The notes under the pieces are model-generated. The model was not told the DNA's origin. It did not search any database and worked only from the letters and a program-made list of their open reading frames with translations. 64,000 nt of DNA from Octopus sinensis (taxonomy: Eukaryota): positions 9,672,001 to 9,736,000 of the forward strand of contig NC_043004.1 in NCBI RefSeq assembly GCF_006345805.1. The letters run 5' to 3'. Shown one piece after another: positions 61,664-64,000 of this stretch (position 1 is its first letter; each line of letters opens with the position of its first letter). The translations under genes and the position numbers were made by a program.

Positions 61664-62184
61664 CCTGCGTGAACTGCTGGTATCTACCCTATCAGGAACA
61701 CATAAGCACAGTTTGTACAGTTAAGTGTCTTGCTGATTAAATTAAATCTAGAAGATGGATGACACTGAAATTTGATTTTACTTGGAAAGCTGGGTTCATA
61801 CTTCATGCTTTAAAGCACTAAAAATATTTATTCTGAATATGCCTCGCTGAATTTAGGGGTAACTTTTATATTCCCGAACATCTTTTATGCTATAACAAAC
61901 ATGGTACTTATTCTATTAACCATGGCAAGATGCAAAAGAATAGAGTTCATGAAGAGGAAAGGAAATTACAGTGACGCTTTTGTTCAGTACCGACTTAATT
62001 CACTGTCTTAACGAAATGTGTAAACAGGAGGAAAAGTATGATTTGAACCTAAAGTAGAATGACAGCTTTGAAAGGAGGTGACTCAGTGAATTGCATGCGG
62101 GACGGATATAGAAAATTGAAACGCCATTTTTACGAGGAGTGGTTTCAATATTTGACAGGTCAGCAATTTCAGTGAGTGTGTGCG

Positions 62185-62345
62185 GGGGGGGGGTCAGTCG
62201 ATTACAACCACCCTAATTCTCAATTGGTATTATTTTATCGACCTCTATAGAATGAAAGCAAGGTCGACCTCAGCGAGATTTGAGCTCAGCTCTTAAAGAG
62301 CCAGACGAAATACCAAAATTTTTGTCCGATATACACAAGTGATTC
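62185..62345 (-). mobile_element. SINE family 2, diverged
   Basis: TTTTATCGACC..GAATGAAAGCAAGGTCGACCTCAGCGAGATTTGAGCTC. Confidence 0.65.
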
Positions 62346-62724
62346 CATCCGGTGGCTGCCTCCTAGGCAAGAAAATGGTATAAGTGAATTGTTAGAGAGA
62401 TGATGATGATGATGATGATAGCGGTAGTGTTGATGATAATGATGATGAATCCCGTACTCATTATCCTCATTTTCCCTCCTCCTCATCATTATACTTCTCA
62501 TCGTTGTCATCATCATCACCATCCTTACACTGATCATAAAATGATGCATGACAAAGTGCAATCAGAAAATTTTTGAAATTCAAATTTAAAATAAAATGTA
62601 GAAATAAAAAACTGAAAATATTTAATTGCAAAGAAGAATCTGTCGGCAATTAGTATTGTTATTGATGAATACCGTAGACGCACACGGTTTCAACTTTACG
62701 CTTATCATATGGTATCTCATTTTG

Positions 62725-62776
<52 letters not shown>

Positions 62777-62974
62777 GTATATGTATATATATGTGTGTGT
62801 GTGTGTGTGTGATGTGTGTGTGCATGCTAATACAAGACCCACATTAGACTCCTCACTCGTATCTCTATCGAACTAACAGTTTAACGAAGGTCTGTCCATA
62901 GCATTTACTTAGCGTTACCTGCCATTCTTTGGGTCTTCTAGATACCAATACCTCTCATATATATATATATATAT

Positions 62975-63200
62975 ATAACGGGAAGCTTTATGAAAATAAA
63001 CAAAAGACGAAGGCAGGTGGAAAACAAACGAACAATTGTATTAGTATGGCGCTCAGGAAATATAAATAAAACAAGTCTTTACAAGTCTTTAACGTTTCGA
63101 GCCTACGCTCTTCAACAGAAAGATACACAGAGAGAGAAAAACACAGAAAGAAGGAGAGAAAAAAAATGCGTGCAGTAGCTAACGAATCAACATGGCGATC
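62975..63200 (-). mobile_element. U6-variant hammerhead family copy (motif 63086-63123)
   Basis: Minus strand TCTTT-CTGTTGA-A-GAGC-GTAG-GCTC-GAAAC-GTT-AAAGA. Confidence 0.7.
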
Positions 63201-63308
63201 TGATTTCGGCCAGAGGTCAAAGATCAAACATGAGACGCGAGAGCGAAATAAGGGGAGATAATAGGGTTGATAAACGGTTTGAGGGACCAGCTAAAAGTGC
63301 GTGGGAGG

Positions 63309-63615
63309 GGTCTAGATGTGTGTATGTATAGGGTTGGTGTATGTATTAGTATGTATAAGGGTGTGTGTGTGTGGTGTATGTGTGTATGAGGAGAGTATTA
63401 GTGCGTAAGATTGGTCTGGACGTGCGTATGTATGGGGTTGGTGTATGTATTAGTATGTATTAGTATGTATTAGTACGTATTGGTATGTATAGGTGTGTGT
63501 TGTGTGTGTGTGAGAGAGAGAAAGTGCGTATGCGGGGTCTGGACGTGTGTATGTATAGGGTTGGTAAGTATTAGTATGTACTAGTATGTATTAGTACGTA
63601 TTAGTATGTATTAGT
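63309..63615 (+). repeat. Three diverged ~105-125-bp minisatellite units with inner (GTATGTATTA)n
   Basis: GGTCT(A/G)GA(T/C)GTG..GGGTTGGT recurs at 63309, 63413 and 63536. Confidence 0.7.
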
Positions 63616-63669
63616 TGGTGTGTGTATTAGTATGGCACATCATATGTGATTGTTGTGTAAAGTCATGTG

Positions 63670-64000
63670 TGTAGTGAGGAGGAAGAGGGGGAGGGGGAGA
63701 AGAGGGGGGAGAGAAGGGGAGGGGAAGAAGAGGGGGGAGAGAAGGGGAAGAGGAACGATGGGGGAGAAGGAAGGTGAGGAGGGGGATGAAGGAGGAAAGA
63801 GGGAGAGGGGGAGAGAGAGAAGGGGAGAGAGGAGTGAGGGAGCAGAGGGAAGGGGAAGAGGGAGGGAGAAAGAGGGAAGAGGGAAGGGGAGTAGGGGTGA
63901 AAGGATGAAGGACTGAAGAATTAGGGGTCCTTGTTGAGAAAGGATAGGGGTCGGTGGGGAAGAGGGGGTTAGAGAGGTGGGGAAGTGGGATAGAGGGGGG
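63670..64000. repeat. Purine-rich (G/A) low-complexity tract
   Basis: Direct reading. Confidence 0.9.

Larger units (their letters stand above)
59190..61710 (-). mobile_element. Old RTE-type LINE fragment interrupted by a mariner and a MITE
   Basis: Minus-strand FGDFNAR (APE, ~61100), QIERWAEHY (~59430) and ELAKAIDELASGKSLGNDNISAEIIK (~59290). Confidence 0.7.

Overview
Repeat-dense animal genomic DNA, intronic or intergenic. The SINE families and the heavy microsatellite load look like an octopus-type cephalopod genome; this is inference, not verified. No complete host gene, rRNA, tRNA or CRISPR array is supportable. Most listed ORFs are microsatellite read-throughs or decayed transposon proteins. 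Conventional content: three tRNA-head SINE families; a ~9 kb same-orientation pile-up of R4/Dong-type (RLE) retrotransposons at (TAA)n tracts; RTE and CR1/L2-type LINE fragments; a Tx1/L1-like ORF1 remnant; four Tc1/mariner relics; two Merlin-like MITEs with 8-bp TSDs; several Helitron derivatives. The main result is a hidden set of 13 minimal type-I hammerhead-ribozyme (HHR) motifs in 8 sequence-unrelated non-coding elements, all located and parsed by eye. They occur as an identical 224-bp tandem dimer (retrozyme-like), as fold-back elements whose inverted arm often lacks the ribozyme core, and as dispersed copies. Most have short palindromic stem III segments and sit next to (TA)n or similar microsatellites. 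Several carry unusual cores: a compensatory G3:C8 swap, U3, U6, and a C.A pair at the base of stem II. This points to a diverse population of non-autonomous Penelope-like or retrozyme elements. A ~1.6 kb near-perfect palindrome at 53.7-55.4 kb may be a fold-back rearrangement or an assembly artefact.
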